Part shown: piece by piece, positions 61,434 through 64,000 of the stretch
Layout: every line of letters begins with the position of its first letter
How positions within the stretch are numbered: the stretch's first letter is position 1
Source: Bacteroidales bacterium
GTDB lineage: Bacteria; Bacteroidota; Bacteroidia; Bacteroidales; JAADJA01
Length of the DNA: 64,000 nucleotides
Assembly: GCA_041393275.1 (NCBI GenBank)
Contig: JAWKKL010000013.1
Span: 308-64,307, forward strand
Reading direction: 5' to 3'
Translations under genes and position numbers: made by a program
Notes under the pieces: model-generated
Seen by the model: the letters and a program-made list of their open reading frames with translations, nothing else
Told to the model about the DNA's origin: nothing
Databases searched by the model: none

Positions 61434-64000
61434 TTATTTTATTAAAATAATTTTATCTGAAACAACGGTTCCATTACCTGTCTTAATCTTATAAAAGTAA
61501 ACGCCTTTGTTTACTTTTTTTCCCTTCTCATCATCCCCGTACCAGGTAGTTTTGTAAATTCCGCCGGGCATTATGCCTTCCATCAAGGTTTTTATTTTAG
61601 CACCGTTAATGTTTAATATTTCAACCCATAAGCTCTGCAATTTATCCAAATGAAATGTAATGATCGTTTCATCCTTAAATGGATTAGGCATACAGGAAAC
61701 ATTATGCGTGCCCAAAGGAATCTCGGAAACCTCCTCTTTCTTGAATGAAACAAGCTGGGCATCAACAGGCTCACCTGTATAAATGGTACGTTTTTCCTTA
61801 ATCCTGGTTTTTTGATTCAATACCGCATAAGCATTCTTGTCGACACTTGCCGTTTTATAACCATTATAAGTTTCAAACTCCAGGGGAGTTCCGGAAGGTA
61901 TTCCCTCTAAATACGCATTTATCTGAACGATTGAATCACCTGATTCCCTAACGGCTGCCCTTTGATTTCCCCGCCTGCAGTTATGGCAATCTCCTGCACA
62001 TCAGACATTTCATCAAACTCAACATATACAGGTAAATAATCGGCTTGTTCTTCGTACGAAAAATATTCCGTTTTGGGTATGGATGATTCTTCCTCTACAT
62101 CCTCACTGCTGATCCATGTAAATGTATGATCGACCCCAGTTTTAAAAATAACCATGTCTCCATATCTCAACAGGTTTTCTACCAAAAGTAAACCATTCCC
62201 TAACCTAATCATTGCCCAGTACTGGGTTTTTATTGGTTCAAGTCCTCCATCACTTCAGGAGGTATACAAGCTTCCACTTTCTGGGGGTATTCAATAAAGT
62301 ATCCCTTCCAGTTTTCTATACCCTGGCCTGGATACTGGTCCGAATAAATGGTGGTCTCGGTTTCAGGGTCAAGGGCGGCGCCAAAGAGGTCAATATTTGG
62401 AGGATAACCATCCAAAAGTTCGAGACGGAGTTTATAACCCGATGTACTCTGAAGTTCATCCAGATCACCACTCCATCCCCCAAATAGATTGTAATCCTTT
62501 GTTTTTAGTTCAGGCGATGCATCATCAAATTCAATATGCAAGTTAACAGGGAATACACTGATCCGGGATAACACAGTTTCCGTCCTGTCAGGTTCATTTT
62601 CAAAACGTTGCATTCGGGGAAAAGATAGCCAGTTCCAACCGAAATTGAGTTGTCTGTTGTCGGTATAGGCCTGGATTAAGGAGGCGTTGCTTAAGTATCC
62701 ATTAACATTTACCACTTTATTATTTATAGTTCCAGCCATTAAACTTGATGAAGCTGAGTTTTCATTTAGTAAAATAGTTCCGCTAACTTCTTCAGTCCTA
62801 CATTCAACAGAACTAATCGCTAACTTTTCATTATTTAAACCAGCTACATAAATCGAATTATTATTAGGATTAAATTCAATATCTGTTGTTTCATGTGGGA
62901 TTTGTAAATCATTTATAAAATCACCATTTATATTAAAGACATTAAGTTCCGCAGTACCAGCATCAATAGTATAGATTTTTCTTTCATAAAATCCATAACA
63001 TATCTTATTAACATCATTTGAAGGAATAACATATTCAAATGTATTTGCATTGAGTATAATAAAATAATCTGTACCAGCCACCATTATTATATTATTCACG
63101 CCCTGATCTGTTTTTACAATCTGCATGTAATGTTTCGAAAATGAAATGTTAGCAACATTTATAATTAAAGGAGTATTGACATCTTGCACATCAACAGTAG
63201 TAACATTATAACCTCCCCCAACATAAAGCCTATGTAATTCGTTGTCAATTGCTAAATCATAAATCCTGTCTCCACCTGTTATGGCAAATGGATTATAAAC
63301 TGTATTATTTGACATATCTACAAAATACACCTGGTTGTAGCCTCCTATATAAGCTATATCACCTGAACCTGACTCAATAGAATAGGGTTTTACAATTCCT
63401 GGTAATTCAACAATATCAGAATAATCGTTCGCATTGATTATAAAGAGACTATTGTTCCCAAAACTAGATATTAAAATTTTATTATTGTCTTCATTGAATT
63501 CAATATCAGTCAATTTACTTCCTAATTCTATAATCTGGGTTTCATTCATTTCAATATCATAAGCAGCAACATGTGAATTATAATTTTCCTGGTCGGTTTC
63601 ATTTTCCGTATACTGGCTTCCTTGTAAAAAAAATAATTTAGAACGATCCTTATTATAACAACCTGCAAAATATCCGCCTCCAGTGTGTATTATGTTTTCC
63701 AAAATACAATCATTATTAAATACCCCTAAATAACCTTCCCTAAAATTGGCAGAAAGCACTTCTGAATTTTCCATATTGTAATCCAACCTATAACCAATTC
63801 CATAAGAATTTAATTCCTCAGAAACAATACTGCCATCTATTACATTAATTGATTTTAGCAGAAAATCTTCATCAGAAGATTTGCCACTACAGTATAATAA
63901 ATTTCCTGATCATATACAATTCCTATTGATTTGTGCAGGATATAAAAATTTACCTCTGCATTTAAATTGCAATCAATCAAAGAGGCCCTATTACCCCCAT
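61434..64000 (-). CDS. Large secreted protein (YVTN-like beta-propeller, C-terminal FlgD-Ig/T9SS-like domain), frameshifted; 5' end lies beyond the right edge
   Basis: Fragments 62230-63786 (TDIEFN repeats, GWNWLSFP), 61919-62212 and 61434-61820 (MPNPF...WYGDDEKG..GVYFYKI). Confidence 0.75.

Noticed and set aside
1..64000. Prophage, IS, integron, retron/DGR or anti-phage defence system
   Set aside because: No integrase, transposase, reverse transcriptase, nuclease or phage structural motifs were recognised in any ORF.

Overview
This is an AT-rich chromosomal window from a Bacteroidota bacterium, probably Bacteroidales-like. That call rests on TAnnTTTG promoters, T9SS cargo proteins, a hybrid two-component system (HTCS) and an ECF/FecR/TonB module. 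The assembly looks error-prone: about 9 genes carry homopolymer-type frameshifts and 3 carry in-frame stops. Contents in order: start of an alternative complex III operon (actA, actB); htpG-lemA-TPM-TPM; cytochrome c and DUF4920 lipoproteins; an HTCS; ECF-FecR-TBDR-DUF4249 plus a lipoprotein; two T9SS cargo genes; an A2-type cytochrome c oxidase operon (sco-coxI-III-IV-II-ctaB); an ECF/ZAS module; SDR, lpxB, surE, maf, UbiA, kdsC-like and DUF2520 genes; padR-pspC; a LytS/LytTR pair; SRP RNA; glycosyltransferases and a complete GDP-heptose pathway interrupted by ClC and nitroreductase genes; an SSS symporter; two large secreted proteins. I saw no CRISPR array, tRNA, rRNA, transposase or phage genes. 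The most interesting signals are non-coding. (1) A ~130-bp nested palindrome is inserted in frame into the signal peptides of two unrelated exported proteins. (2) Both two-component systems are followed by 21-bp-periodic direct repeats, a promoter-like site and a short terminator-bounded region with no substantial ORF, which are candidate TCS-driven sRNAs. (3) A 7-5-7 palindrome is shared by the ACIII and oxidase promoters. (4) An ECF promoter occurs twice. (5) htpG has a sigma-54-type promoter. All family assignments come from motif recognition by eye, not database searches.
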